Source of the DNA: an uncultured Gammaproteobacteria bacterium
GTDB lineage: Bacteria; Pseudomonadota; Gammaproteobacteria; JAADHQ01
DNA: 64,000 bases
Assembly (NCBI GenBank): GCA_947258655.1
Contig: CAMYJD010000001.1
Coordinates: 17,242-81,241 of the forward strand
Direction: 5' to 3'
Shown: positions 32,496 to 42,441 of the stretch, piece by piece
Numbering within the stretch: the stretch's first letter is position 1
How the letters are laid out: every line of letters begins with the position of its first letter
Translations under genes and position numbers: made by a program
The notes under the pieces: generated by a model
Told to the model about the DNA's origin: nothing
The model's input: only the letters and a program-made list of their open reading frames with translations
The model's database searches: none

Positions 32496-35400
32496 GTGCA
32501 AAACGTTTCACCATTAAACCCGGTATTACCCAGCCGTAGCAGCCCTCTCATCCATTGGGGTAAACTTTCTGGCAACAGCCCGGGATTGCTACTGTCCTCA
32601 TGCACGCAGGCATTCGACGGGTTTCTACTGGTCGTTACCAGTGATATGCAACAGGCCCATCGACTTGAACATGAACTCAAGTTCTTTCTGTCAGGCCGCC
32701 CCGGTATTTCGATACTATCGTTTCCGGACTGGGAAACCTTGCCGTATGATCCTTTTTCTCCGCATGAGGACATCATTTCCAGACGCCTGCAAACGCTAAG
32801 CCAGCTACCGCAGTTTGAACGCGGCATCCTTATCGTTCCGGTGGCCACACTAATGCAGCGGCTGGCCCCGCTCGAATATGTACAGGCATCTACGCTAATC
32901 CTGGAAAAGGGTGATACGCTGTCAACGGACAAGATCCGCAAACAGCTTGACAATGCCGGTTACCGCCACGTTTCACAGGTCATGGAACATGGCGAATATA
33001 CAGTCCGCGGCTCGATACTGGACTTGTTCCCGATGGGTTGCGATCAGCCATACCGTATCGATCTGTTTGATGAAGAGATCGAGTCAATCCGCAGTTTCGA
33101 TCCTGATACCCAGCGAACCATCAATACTATCGATGGTATTCGCCTGCTACCGGCACATGAATTTCCGCTGCATGACGAGGCCATTAGCCTGTTTCGCCAG
33201 AATTTTCGCAAACGTTTCGAGGGCGATCCACAACAAAGCAACATTTACCGCGAAGTCAGTAATGGCAATGCCACTGGTGGGTTGGAATACTATTTGCCCC
33301 TGTTCTTCCCGCAAACTCGCTCGTTAACTGACTACCTGCCCGACAATACCATCGTTATCAGTCTCGAAGGCGCAGACACGGCTACACAACAATTCTGGGA
33401 GCAGATTAACCAGCGCTACGAATCACTTTGTCATGATGTCGAGCGTCCCATCCTGAAACCGGAAGAAATCTACATCTCTCCGACCGCACTGATTGATGCA
33501 CTAACACGATTGCCGCGTGCAAACCTGCAATTGTTTGAATATACCGATACTGTCGAACAGAAATACCCGGTCATCAATTATCAGACCTCTGCACCACCCC
33601 CGTTGTTTATCCAGAACAATGCACTGGAGCCGCATGCAGCTCTACTGAAGTTCCTGGATCGATTTCCGGGTCGTGTGCTTGTGGCGGCAGAAACAACCGG
33701 TCGACGTGAAGTCATCCTGGAAATCCTGCGTAAATTATCATTATTTCCTGTCGTCCTCGAGCATTGGCAGGATTTCTATGAAGCGGACGTCGAACTCGCG
33801 ATTACTGTTGCGCCATTAGAGGAAGGACTGGTGTTGCAGGAACCCGCGCTGGCTATCATTGCGGAATCGCAATTATTTGGCAGTCGTGCAGTACAGAAGC
33901 GACGCAGGAAAAAAAGCCGGACTGATGCGGAAAATATCATCCGCAATCTGACCGACCTGCACCAGGGTGATCCTGTTGTACATGAAGAGCACGGCATAGG
34001 CCGATACCTCGGCTTACAGAAATTGAATGTTGGAAATATCGAGACAGAGTTCCTGACCCTCGAATACGCCAATAACGCCAAACTCTATGTACCGGTCGCA
34101 TCCCTGCACCTGATCAGCCGCTATTCGGGCGCATCACCTGAGAATGCGCCGTTGCACCGGCTCGGTAGTGATCATTGGCAAAAAGCCAAGCGCCGTGCCG
34201 CCGAACGTGCCCGTGATGTCGCCGCCGAACTGCTCGATGTCTATGCACGCAGGGCCGCACGCAAAGGACATAGTTATAGCATCGATCAGGAGGAATATAC
34301 CCGTTTTGCTGCGGCCTTCCCTTTTGAGGAGACACCTGACCAACTGGCAGCAATCGATGCAGTCAGCACCGATATGCAGGCCGAGCAGCCGATGGACAGG
34401 GTCGTTTGTGGCGATGTAGGTTTCGGCAAGACCGAGGTGGCCATGCGCGCGACATTCATTACCGCACAGGCAAACCGCCAGGTAGCGATACTGGTGCCAA
34501 CGACGTTACTGGCGCAACAACACTACCATAATTTCCTCGACCGTTTCGCAGATTGGCCGTTCAATATCGAAGTGCTGTCGCGATTCCGCAGTGGCAAGGA
34601 CCAGGACAACATTATCAAGCAAGTCGAAAATGGCAAGATTGACATTATTATCGGCACCCACAAACTGCTGCAGAAGGATATCCGCTTCCACGATCTCGGC
34701 TTACTGATCATCGATGAAGAACATCGCTTTGGTGTACGCCAGAAGGAGCGCCTGAAGTCGCTGCGCTCCGAGGTCGATATACTGACCCTGACCGCGACAC
34801 CTATCCCGCGCACGCTTAATATGTCATTATCCGGCCTTCGCGACCTGTCCATTATCGCAACCGCACCGACCGAACGCGTGGCGATTAAAACGTTTGTGTC
34901 CGAGTGGATCGACAACCTGCTCCTGGAAGCCTTTTTACGCGAGATCAAACGTGGCGGCCAGGTCTATTTTCTGCACAATGAAGTCTCCACGATCGACAGG
35001 GTTGCAAAACAAATACAGGATCTGGTGCCGAATGCCAAGCTCGCCATAGCCCATGGGCAGATGCGTGAACGTGAACTCGAGCAGGTAATGCTGGATTTCT
35101 ATCATCAGAAATATAATATTCTGGTGTGCACGACGATTATCGAGAGCGGCATCGATATCCCATCGGCCAACACCATTATTATCAACCGCGCCGATAAACT
35201 GGGCCTGGCACAGTTACATCAACTGCGTGGACGCGTCGGCAGATCACATCACCGCGCCTACGCCTATTTATTGATTCCGGGACGCAAGAGTATCACAGCG
35301 GATGCGCTCAAACGGCTCGAGGCCATTGAATCACTGGAAAACCTGGGCGCCGGCTTCATGTTGGCAACCCATGACCTCGAGATCAGGGGGGCCGGAGAAC

Positions 35401-35966
35401 TCCTCGGTGAAGGGCAAAGCGGACAGATTCAGGAGGTCGGTTTTACCCTGTACACCGAACTACTGGAACGCGCAGTCGATGCGCTGAAATCAGGGCAGGA
35501 TCCCGATCTAGAAAAACCGCTCGATCACGGACCCGAGATCGACCTGCAGATACCGGCATTGATACCAGAGGACTACCTGCCCGACATTCACAGTCGCCTT
35601 GTATTGTACAAACGCATCGCCAGTGCCGCCAACAATGAGCAATTAAAGGATATCCAGGTAGAGATGATTGATCGATTTGGGCTGCTGCCGCCGTCAGTCA
35701 AAAACCTGATCAGTATAACCGAACTAAAGATTCGTGCCGCGATGATGGGCATCAGCAAGATTGACGCCGGTGACAAGGGCGGACGCCTGCTGTTTACAGA
35801 AGAGCCCGATATCAATCCGCTCAATATCATCAAACTCATTCAGGAAAAACCCGACATTTACAAGCTAGATGGCAAAAATAAGCTTCGCTTTTATATGTCA
35901 TTAGAGGATAATGACAAACGGTTCCGCGCAGTAGTGGAATTACTTGAGCTGCTACAGGCAGCATAA
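32496..35966 (+). CDS. mfd: Transcription-repair coupling factor Mfd
   Basis: 1156 aa. UvrB-homology N-terminal region, RNAP-interacting domain, superfamily-2 helicase motifs 'GDVGFGKTEVA' and 'DEEHRFG', TRG motif. Confidence 0.95.
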   Translation: MQNVSPLNPVLPSRSSPLIHWGKLSGNSPGLLLSSCTQAFDGFLLVVTSDMQQAHRLEHELKFFLSGRPGISILSFPDWETLPYDPFSPHEDIISRRLQTLSQLPQFERGILIVPVATLMQRLAPLEYVQASTLILEKGDTLSTDKIRKQLDNAGYRHVSQVMEHGEYTVRGSILDLFPMGCDQPYRIDLFDEEIESIRSFDPDTQRTINTIDGIRLLPAHEFPLHDEAISLFRQNFRKRFEGDPQQSNIYREVSNGNATGGLEYYLPLFFPQTRSLTDYLPDNTIVISLEGADTATQQFWEQINQRYESLCHDVERPILKPEEIYISPTALIDALTRLPRANLQLFEYTDTVEQKYPVINYQTSAPPPLFIQNNALEPHAALLKFLDRFPGRVLVAAETTGRREVILEILRKLSLFPVVLEHWQDFYEADVELAITVAPLEEGLVLQEPALAIIAESQLFGSRAVQKRRRKKSRTDAENIIRNLTDLHQGDPVVHEEHGIGRYLGLQKLNVGNIETEFLTLEYANNAKLYVPVASLHLISRYSGASPENAPLHRLGSDHWQKAKRRAAERARDVAAELLDVYARRAARKGHSYSIDQEEYTRFAAAFPFEETPDQLAAIDAVSTDMQAEQPMDRVVCGDVGFGKTEVAMRATFITAQANRQVAILVPTTLLAQQHYHNFLDRFADWPFNIEVLSRFRSGKDQDNIIKQVENGKIDIIIGTHKLLQKDIRFHDLGLLIIDEEHRFGVRQKERLKSLRSEVDILTLTATPIPRTLNMSLSGLRDLSIIATAPTERVAIKTFVSEWIDNLLLEAFLREIKRGGQVYFLHNEVSTIDRVAKQIQDLVPNAKLAIAHGQMRERELEQVMLDFYHQKYNILVCTTIIESGIDIPSANTIIINRADKLGLAQLHQLRGRVGRSHHRAYAYLLIPGRKSITADALKRLEAIESLENLGAGFMLATHDLEIRGAGELLGEGQSGQIQEVGFTLYTELLERAVDALKSGQDPDLEKPLDHGPEIDLQIPALIPEDYLPDIHSRLVLYKRIASAANNEQLKDIQVEMIDRFGLLPPSVKNLISITELKIRAAMMGISKIDAGDKGGRLLFTEEPDINPLNIIKLIQEKPDIYKLDGKNKLRFYMSLEDNDKRFRAVVELLELLQAA

Positions 35967-35997
35967 TGATGTTCACAGCTATAATACAGTAATCGAT

Positions 35998-36717
35998 ATG
36001 ACTGGCTACAACGTACTAATTATTACCTTTCTCTGTCTATTGACATCAATTAGCCACGCTGCTCAGACACCCCTGTACCGGTTTGAACTGATCATATTCG
36101 AATATACAAACAGTCAGTACAGCGACACGGAAACATGGCCTGTAAACCCGGGTGAACCTGACGATGCTGACGTACTCTCCTCCATCACCAGTAGCGCCTA
36201 CAAGGCCAGTCCGGCAACCAACAGTGGCGGCTTCATTTTCAAATTGCAGCAGCCCAGACAATTGATCTTGAAAAAGGAAGCCAGGGCCATTAAACGCTCA
36301 TCATCACGTAAATTACTACTGCATACCAGCTGGGTGCAAAGCATGCACTCCGAAAAACAGGCACGACCGCTGGCAATCAAGATTGGCAAGGAATATACAA
36401 GTCTGGAATCAGGACCCGATTATTCAGGCCTGTACAGTGACTATTCGACGCCGGCAGCAACGCCCGTCAAGCACAAACAACTCGAGGGAACCATCAGGAT
36501 TTCCATTAGCAGGTATCTGCACGTATGGACCGACCTGCTCTTCCGACGTCCACGCAGCAGTGCCATCGCAGACAATTCCGGATATATAGATACCCAGGCC
36601 TTCCGTTATCGAGATCACAGAAAAATGCGCAGCAAGGAACTTCACTATATCGATAACCCGAGTTTTGGCATACTTATTTATGCCCTGCCCGTCAAACCAT
36701 CAGGAAAATCTAATTAA
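35998..36717 (+). CDS. Periplasmic CsiV-family (peptidoglycan-binding) protein
   Basis: Signal peptide 'MTGYNVLIITFLCLLTSISHAAQ', then the 'ELHYIDNP' motif. Its position directly downstream of mfd matches Vibrio csiV. Family call from memory. Confidence 0.5.
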   Translation: MTGYNVLIITFLCLLTSISHAAQTPLYRFELIIFEYTNSQYSDTETWPVNPGEPDDADVLSSITSSAYKASPATNSGGFIFKLQQPRQLILKKEARAIKRSSSRKLLLHTSWVQSMHSEKQARPLAIKIGKEYTSLESGPDYSGLYSDYSTPAATPVKHKQLEGTIRISISRYLHVWTDLLFRRPRSSAIADNSGYIDTQAFRYRDHRKMRSKELHYIDNPSFGILIYALPVKPSGKSN

Positions 36718-36738
36718 TCTTCACTACGTCCAGTCGTA

Positions 36739-37476
36739 CTATAAACACGGCAAGGCATGCTCCAGTAAGGCACGGACATTGTCCATACCCGTTTTCAGAT
36801 TTTTTTCAATCTCATCCATCGTTATGATAGCGCCATCGATACCGGCTGCCCGGTTTGCAACGACTGCACAACAGGCATAACACAGGTCCAGTTCACGCGC
36901 TAACGCAGTCTCGGGCATGCCAGTCATGCCAACAACGGCACAATCATCTTTCGCCAGACGGCGGATTTCGGCAGCTGTTTCCAGCCGCGGACCCTGTGTA
37001 GCAGCATAGGTGCCATCAGTGACGGGATCGAGCCCGGCAAGTCTCGCTCCATCGATCAAGCGGGTTCGCAGTTCATCACAGTAAGGGTAGGTAAAATCGA
37101 TATGCCTGACATCCTGATGGCTTTCAAAGAAGGTACTTTGCCTGGACCAGGTATAGTCAATGATCTGGTCAGGGAAGGCAATACGGCCCGGATACATATC
37201 TTCACGTATACCGCCAACGGCGGCAACGGCAATGACCTTTTTAACACCACTTTCGTGCAGTGCCCACAGGTTTGCACGGTAATTGACCTGGTGTGGTGGA
37301 ATGGTATGACCACTGCCATGACGGGCCAGGAAGACGACGCTACAACCACAGATCTGACCAAATACCAGCGGAGAGGAAGGCTGACCATAGGGCGTATTGA
37401 CCATTTCTCGATGGGTGATTGTCAGGCCCTTCAATGAATTCAGGCCGGTGCCACCAATAATCGCTATATCTGCCAA
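36739..37476 (-). CDS. Purine nucleoside / 5'-methylthioadenosine(inosine) phosphorylase family protein
   Basis: 245 aa, 'IAIIGGTGLN...VVFLARHG.GH...', PNP/MTAP family motifs. Confidence 0.8.
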   Translation of the reverse strand: MADIAIIGGTGLNSLKGLTITHREMVNTPYGQPSSPLVFGQICGCSVVFLARHGSGHTIPPHQVNYRANLWALHESGVKKVIAVAAVGGIREDMYPGRIAFPDQIIDYTWSRQSTFFESHQDVRHIDFTYPYCDELRTRLIDGARLAGLDPVTDGTYAATQGPRLETAAEIRRLAKDDCAVVGMTGMPETALARELDLCYACCAVVANRAAGIDGAIITMDEIEKNLKTGMDNVRALLEHALPCL

Positions 37477-37504
37477 GAGCTTATCTCGCCTCCCTGATCA
37501 TGCC

Positions 37505-38056
37505 TTATTCATCGACTGCGTATATACCGGCAGCATTGCGCAGATACCCTTTGTAATCCATACCATATCCATACACATATACGTCTTCAATCTGCAGACC
37601 AACAAAATCGGCATGTGCACAGCCATGCTTGCGCTCGTGTATTTTCTCCACCAGCACACAACTATAGACCTTCTCTGCACCGTGCTCATGACAATAATCG
37701 AGTATACTTTTCAGCGTAATACCTTCATCAAGAATATCGTCAATGACCAGAACCGTCCTTCCAGTCAGGGCATGTTGCGGTTTTACCGTCCAGTCGAGCT
37801 CTCCACCACTGGTGTTTCCGCGGTAGCGTGTGGCATGCAGATAATCAACATGTAACGGGAAATGTAGTCGCGTCAGTAAATGACCCGCAGGAATCAGGCC
37901 ACCGTTCATGACCGCAATAATCAACGGATTGGTATCGGCGAGGGTCGCGGTGATTGCAGCAGCCATACGCTCCAGCGCCTGTTGTACCTGGACGTCGTCG
38001 TACAGGCATCTGGCCCTGCTATGCACTTCATTGGCTTGTAATGCAGTAATAGCCAT
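37505..38056 (-). CDS. hpt: Hypoxanthine-guanine phosphoribosyltransferase
   Basis: 183 aa, PRPP-binding motif 'VLVIDDILDEGITL'. Confidence 0.9.
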   Translation of the reverse strand: MAITALQANEVHSRARCLYDDVQVQQALERMAAAITATLADTNPLIIAVMNGGLIPAGHLLTRLHFPLHVDYLHATRYRGNTSGGELDWTVKPQHALTGRTVLVIDDILDEGITLKSILDYCHEHGAEKVYSCVLVEKIHERKHGCAHADFVGLQIEDVYVYGYGMDYKGYLRNAAGIYAVDE

Positions 38057-38427
38057 TAATATGTAAAGGTTACCGTTCCATCGGACATGGCTTCACTGAT
38101 CACATAGGCAGAGCCAATGGTTTCCGAGATCTCCGGAATCAGGTTATCACCCCAGATGTCCAATGATGGCGTGCATACCTTGAAAACCGCGCCAGCTGCA
38201 TGCGCCTCCTTCATATAATCATATACAGAACGCTTACTTCCCTCATGCAAATATATTTTTTCTGCAACACCGGTCTTGGCCAGTTCACCGGCACGTCCAG
38301 TCAGTATGACCTCCACTTCGTAGTCCATCGATGCTGCAACTGTCGCCTGAAAAAAGGGGGCTCCCAGCTCACTCGGATTTGCAGGATCAGTGTTTACCAT
38401 TACTATAACAAGCTTATCGGCCATCAT
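38056..38427 (-). CDS. DsrE/DsrF-like (TusD-like sulfur-relay fold) family protein
   Basis: 123 aa, 'KLVIVMVNTDPANPSELGAPFFQATVAASMDYEVEVILTGRAG'. Its stop codon overlaps the hpt start by 1 nt. Confidence 0.65.
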   Translation of the reverse strand: MMADKLVIVMVNTDPANPSELGAPFFQATVAASMDYEVEVILTGRAGELAKTGVAEKIYLHEGSKRSVYDYMKEAHAAGAVFKVCTPSLDIWGDNLIPEISETIGSAYVISEAMSDGTVTFTY

Positions 38428-38446
38428 TACACCTCACTCTTATAGA

Positions 38447-39553
38447 CTACTCATTTTCCATGGCTATCCGTATATTATCCGGAACATGTACCGTAGAGGT
38501 TGGAAAGGCACATTCGGCGCCTTCATCTTCTATAATATCAATAATCTTCAACAATACGTCCTGTTTGACTTCGTGATACTTTACCCAGTTTGTGGTGCGT
38601 GTGAAAGTATATACAAAAAAATCCAGTGATGACGAAGCGAACTTATTGAAATTCACAATCATTGTCTGCCCCTGATCGATTTCCTCATGCGCTTCCAACA
38701 TGGATTTCACTCTGGAAATGATCGCGGACACCCTGGATACATCATCATAACGAATACCTATGGTTTCGTATATCCTCCGATGTGTCATTCTGGATGGATT
38801 TTCCACAGCGATACTGGTGAAAGTGGAATTAGGTATATACAATGGTCGTTTGTCAAAAGTGCGTATACGAGTCAAACGCCAGCCAATTGCTTCCACTGTA
38901 CCTTCGATTTCGCGATCCGGGGAACGTACCCAGTCACCAACAGCAAATGGTCGATCCATATATATCATCAGACCACCGAAAAAATTAGCCAGCAGATCCT
39001 TGGCTGCAAAACCGATGGCGATACCGCCTATACCACCAAAGGCAAGCACACCGGAAATACTGTAACCCATGGTTTGTAATGCAACCAGTGATGCCGTAAT
39101 CAGTATCGAGATGCGCACCAGTTTGGCAATAGCATCGACCGTAGTAAGATCAACTTCCTTGCCAGCCTGAGTGGCGTATTCAATAATATTTTCCTCGACA
39201 CGCCTGGCAAAACGTATCAGAAACCAGGTGATCACGACGATTACACCCACATCTCTGATAGGCTCGATCGCTTCAAAGATTACCGCCTCGGTCTGCGCCT
39301 GCACAATCTCCGCAGCAAAGGATATTCCTAAAATCCATATTAATGCAGACAAGGGTCTGCTGAGCGCATCAACCAGTGAGTCGTCCCATGGATTACGGGT
39401 TGTCTCCAGCTTTCGCTGCAATCTTTTCAAGATGCGCTTGACGACATAATTAAGCAACAGCGCTGCAAATACAACCACAAAAACCTGGACAATCCAGTCC
39501 CCACCGGCTTGCACCCAATTGATAAAACTGTTCCAGTATTTCTGTATATCCAT
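38447..39553 (-). CDS. Small-conductance mechanosensitive channel (MscS family)
   Basis: 368 aa. Three or four N-terminal TM helices and an MscS beta-domain ('VGDWVRSPDREIEGTVEAIGWRLTRIRT'). Confidence 0.85.
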   Translation of the reverse strand: MDIQKYWNSFINWVQAGGDWIVQVFVVVFAALLLNYVVKRILKRLQRKLETTRNPWDDSLVDALSRPLSALIWILGISFAAEIVQAQTEAVIFEAIEPIRDVGVIVVITWFLIRFARRVEENIIEYATQAGKEVDLTTVDAIAKLVRISILITASLVALQTMGYSISGVLAFGGIGGIAIGFAAKDLLANFFGGLMIYMDRPFAVGDWVRSPDREIEGTVEAIGWRLTRIRTFDKRPLYIPNSTFTSIAVENPSRMTHRRIYETIGIRYDDVSRVSAIISRVKSMLEAHEEIDQGQTMIVNFNKFASSSLDFFVYTFTRTTNWVKYHEVKQDVLLKIIDIIEDEGAECAFPTSTVHVPDNIRIAMENE

Positions 39554-39609
39554 GTTCGATATCTCGATCTATAAAGTGTTATTAAATAAAGCGGAGTTAG
39601 ATTGAAATG

Positions 39610-40659
39610 CTATTCAATGTCCATATCCAGCAATGGTTCAAGGTCATAGCGGGCAATCAATTCTACAGCCGCCTTCCAGTCTTCGTCCAGATGGAGTTGC
39701 TCCCAGGTTCTGTCATGCTTACCGTGCATGCGCACAAGACGTAAATGGCTGACAGGATTATCCAGTTCGGCAAGATTGTCCAAGACTTCATCCCTGCCCT
39801 GGGTATTATTACATACCAGCACCATATCACAGCCCGCTTGCATGGCCTGGCGCGCGCGCTCGGCGTAGCCTCCGATACTGTGTGCGGCTACCATACTCAG
39901 GTCGTCACTGAATACCGCCCCCTGGAAACCCAACTGCTGACGCAGAATCTGCTCGATCCAGACATGGGAAAAACTGGCCGGTCTGTCATCTACCTGCGGA
40001 TAAATCACATGGGCCATCATCATTGCGGCCATGTCATAATGAATCATCCTTTCAAAGGCCAGCATGTCTTCATTGGCCAGATCGACATAACGCCTGTCAT
40101 CCATCGGCAGATCCGTATGTGAATCGGCATGCACTGCGCCATGGCCGGGAAAATGTTTTCCGGTTGCTGACATGCCGGCTTTACGCATACCGGTCATATA
40201 GGCATGCGCAAGTTCGGCAACAACCTCGGCCGAGCGATGAAAGGCACGGTCACCGATCACGGTACTGACACCGTAATCAAGATCCAATACGGGTGCAAAA
40301 CTGATATCCACGCCGAGCGCCAGTAATTCAGCCGCCATCAACCAGCCGGTGACTTCAGAACAACGGCGTGCATATCCAGGATTTTCCTGATATAGCTGGC
40401 CCAGACGGGACACCGCAGGTAAGCGTGTAAATTCATCACGAAAGCGCTGCACCCTGCCCCCTTCCTGATCCACTGCCACAAGCAGGCGCGGGAAACGAAT
40501 CTGGTGGATGTCCCGAGTCAATGCCTGTAACTGCTCGACTGACTGATAATTTCTACTGAACAGGATAACGCCCCCGACCATCGGATGCGACAGCATCTCG
40601 CGTTCCTCCTCATTCAGGCAAGGACCTTGCAAATCGACCATTACGGATCCCAATGACAT
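39610..40659 (-). CDS. nagZ: Beta-N-acetylhexosaminidase NagZ
   Basis: 349 aa, GH3 motifs 'VGGVILFSRNY', 'DQEGGRVQRF', 'KHFPGHG'. Starts 3 nt after the upstream permease stop. Confidence 0.9.
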   Translation of the reverse strand: MSLGSVMVDLQGPCLNEEEREMLSHPMVGGVILFSRNYQSVEQLQALTRDIHQIRFPRLLVAVDQEGGRVQRFRDEFTRLPAVSRLGQLYQENPGYARRCSEVTGWLMAAELLALGVDISFAPVLDLDYGVSTVIGDRAFHRSAEVVAELAHAYMTGMRKAGMSATGKHFPGHGAVHADSHTDLPMDDRRYVDLANEDMLAFERMIHYDMAAMMMAHVIYPQVDDRPASFSHVWIEQILRQQLGFQGAVFSDDLSMVAAHSIGGYAERARQAMQAGCDMVLVCNNTQGRDEVLDNLAELDNPVSHLRLVRMHGKHDRTWEQLHLDEDWKAAVELIARYDLEPLLDMDIE

Positions 40660-40662
40660 GAC

Positions 40663-41475
40663 TTAGGTTTCTCCTTCTTTGATATTCGCCTTCACATCAA
40701 GCTGGTCACGGAGACGATCACCGGCGAGATTAACGGCCAGCACCACTACCATCAGCGCCACGCCCGGTGCCAGAACCAGATGAGGTGCAACCAGCATATA
40801 TCGGGTACCGTCACGAATCATACTGCCCCAGGATGCGTCCGGAGCCTGCACCCCAAGACCCAGAAATGACAGGCCTGCCTCGGCAATGACCACTGAGGCC
40901 ACTCCGAATGTAGCCTCAACCAGGATAGGCGCACTGATTAACGGGATCAAATGCACAAAGATAATCTTGCGCTGACGACTGCCGAGGACCAGGGCTGCCT
41001 GTACATGATCGCGATGCTTGACTGACAGGGTTTGTGCGCGTGCCAGACGCGCAAAACCTACCCAACCAACAACTGACAGGGCAATGACCACATTATCGAT
41101 ACCGGGCCCCATGATGCCCGCCAGCGCTATTGCCAGCAGGATACCGGGGAAGGCGAGAAATATATCAATGACACGCACTACTACCTGGTCGAACAGTCCA
41201 CCCAGATAGGCACTCAATGTGCCGATGACGGTCCCGGTGATCACTGAAATACAGATCACCGTCAGTGCCACAATGCATGAAGTATAGGAACCGGACAACA
41301 AACGATCAAATACCGGACGACCCAGATCATCATTCCCGAACCAGTGCTCCAGCGTCGGGCCCTGCAGGATTGCTTCGAGTTCTACCTGACTGATATTCAA
41401 AGGCAGCAACTGACTGACAAACGATCCGAGAATCCAGATTATGATAATCCACACAGACAGACCATAGCGACTCAT
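40663..41475 (-). CDS. ABC transporter permease (DppC/OppC-like)
   Basis: 270 aa polytopic protein with a binding-protein-dependent transport EAA-type loop. Confidence 0.85.
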   Translation of the reverse strand: MSRYGLSVWIIIIWILGSFVSQLLPLNISQVELEAILQGPTLEHWFGNDDLGRPVFDRLLSGSYTSCIVALTVICISVITGTVIGTLSAYLGGLFDQVVVRVIDIFLAFPGILLAIALAGIMGPGIDNVVIALSVVGWVGFARLARAQTLSVKHRDHVQAALVLGSRQRKIIFVHLIPLISAPILVEATFGVASVVIAEAGLSFLGLGVQAPDASWGSMIRDGTRYMLVAPHLVLAPGVALMVVVLAVNLAGDRLRDQLDVKANIKEGET

Positions 41476-42401
41476 ATGCGACCACCAATGCGGATACGTG
41501 GATCAATCCATGCATAGACCATGTCTGTGAGCATATTGACGACAACATAAGTCAGACTTATCACTAGCACACAGGCCTGAACGACAGGGTAATCACGTTT
41601 CATAATCGAATCTATCGTCAATTTACCAATCCCTGGCCACGAAAATACCGTCTCGGTAATCACCGCGCCCCCCAGTAATACGCCTAGCTGCAGACCCAGC
41701 AATGTAATAATCGGCAACATCGCATTGGGCAAGGCATGGTGAATAACGACCTGCAAATGGGAATCACCCTTGGCCCTGGCAGTACGAATATAGTCCTCAT
41801 GTAATACCTCCAGCAGGGTACTGCGGATCATACGTGACAATACGGCTGCAAGCGCGGTTCCCAGCGTAATGGCCGGTAATATTATAGATGCCAGGCCGTC
41901 ACGGCCACTGACAGGCAGCCAGCCAAGATAAATCGAGAAAATCAGGATCAGCAGCGGACCGAGGAGGAAATTTGGGATGGACACACCCAGCATCGATGCG
42001 CCCATGGCCGTTCTGTCCCAGGTTTTACCCTTGTTGAGTGCGGCAACAATTCCCAATGGAAATGCAATAACACAGGCTAGCAACAGGGAAATGACAGCCA
42101 GTTCCACCGTTGCCGGTATTCTTTGTGCAAGCAGCTCGGATACCGGTATACGACTGTGCAGGGAGTTGCCCAGATCACCCTGCAGCAGGTTGCTGAAGTA
42201 AGACAATAACTGTACGCTGACAGGCTGATTAAGACCCAGTGCTTGCCGCAGAGCATCACGATCAGCCATTTGCGCATTCTCGCCGAGCATCATATCGACC
42301 GGGTCACCGGGCACCAGATGTATCAACAGAAATACCAGGCACACAACACCGATAACAACGGTCACTGTACTGAGCAGGCGCGACAGCAGGAATCTCAACA
42401 T
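41472..42401 (-). CDS. ABC transporter permease (DppB/OppB-like)
   Basis: 309 aa, 'MLRFLLSRLLSTVTVV...' N-terminus typical of DppB/OppB. 4-nt overlap with the downstream permease. Confidence 0.85.
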   Translation of the reverse strand: MLRFLLSRLLSTVTVVIGVVCLVFLLIHLVPGDPVDMMLGENAQMADRDALRQALGLNQPVSVQLLSYFSNLLQGDLGNSLHSRIPVSELLAQRIPATVELAVISLLLACVIAFPLGIVAALNKGKTWDRTAMGASMLGVSIPNFLLGPLLILIFSIYLGWLPVSGRDGLASIILPAITLGTALAAVLSRMIRSTLLEVLHEDYIRTARAKGDSHLQVVIHHALPNAMLPIITLLGLQLGVLLGGAVITETVFSWPGIGKLTIDSIMKRDYPVVQACVLVISLTYVVVNMLTDMVYAWIDPRIRIGGRI

Positions 42402-42441
42402 ATTATTGATTCTATTCGATTAAAACGGTGTTGATAATACA

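Noticed and set aside
32477-32953. 158-aa minus-strand ORF overlapping the mfd 5' end
   Set aside because: Antisense to the mfd N-terminus, which aligns with E. coli Mfd. No independent signals.
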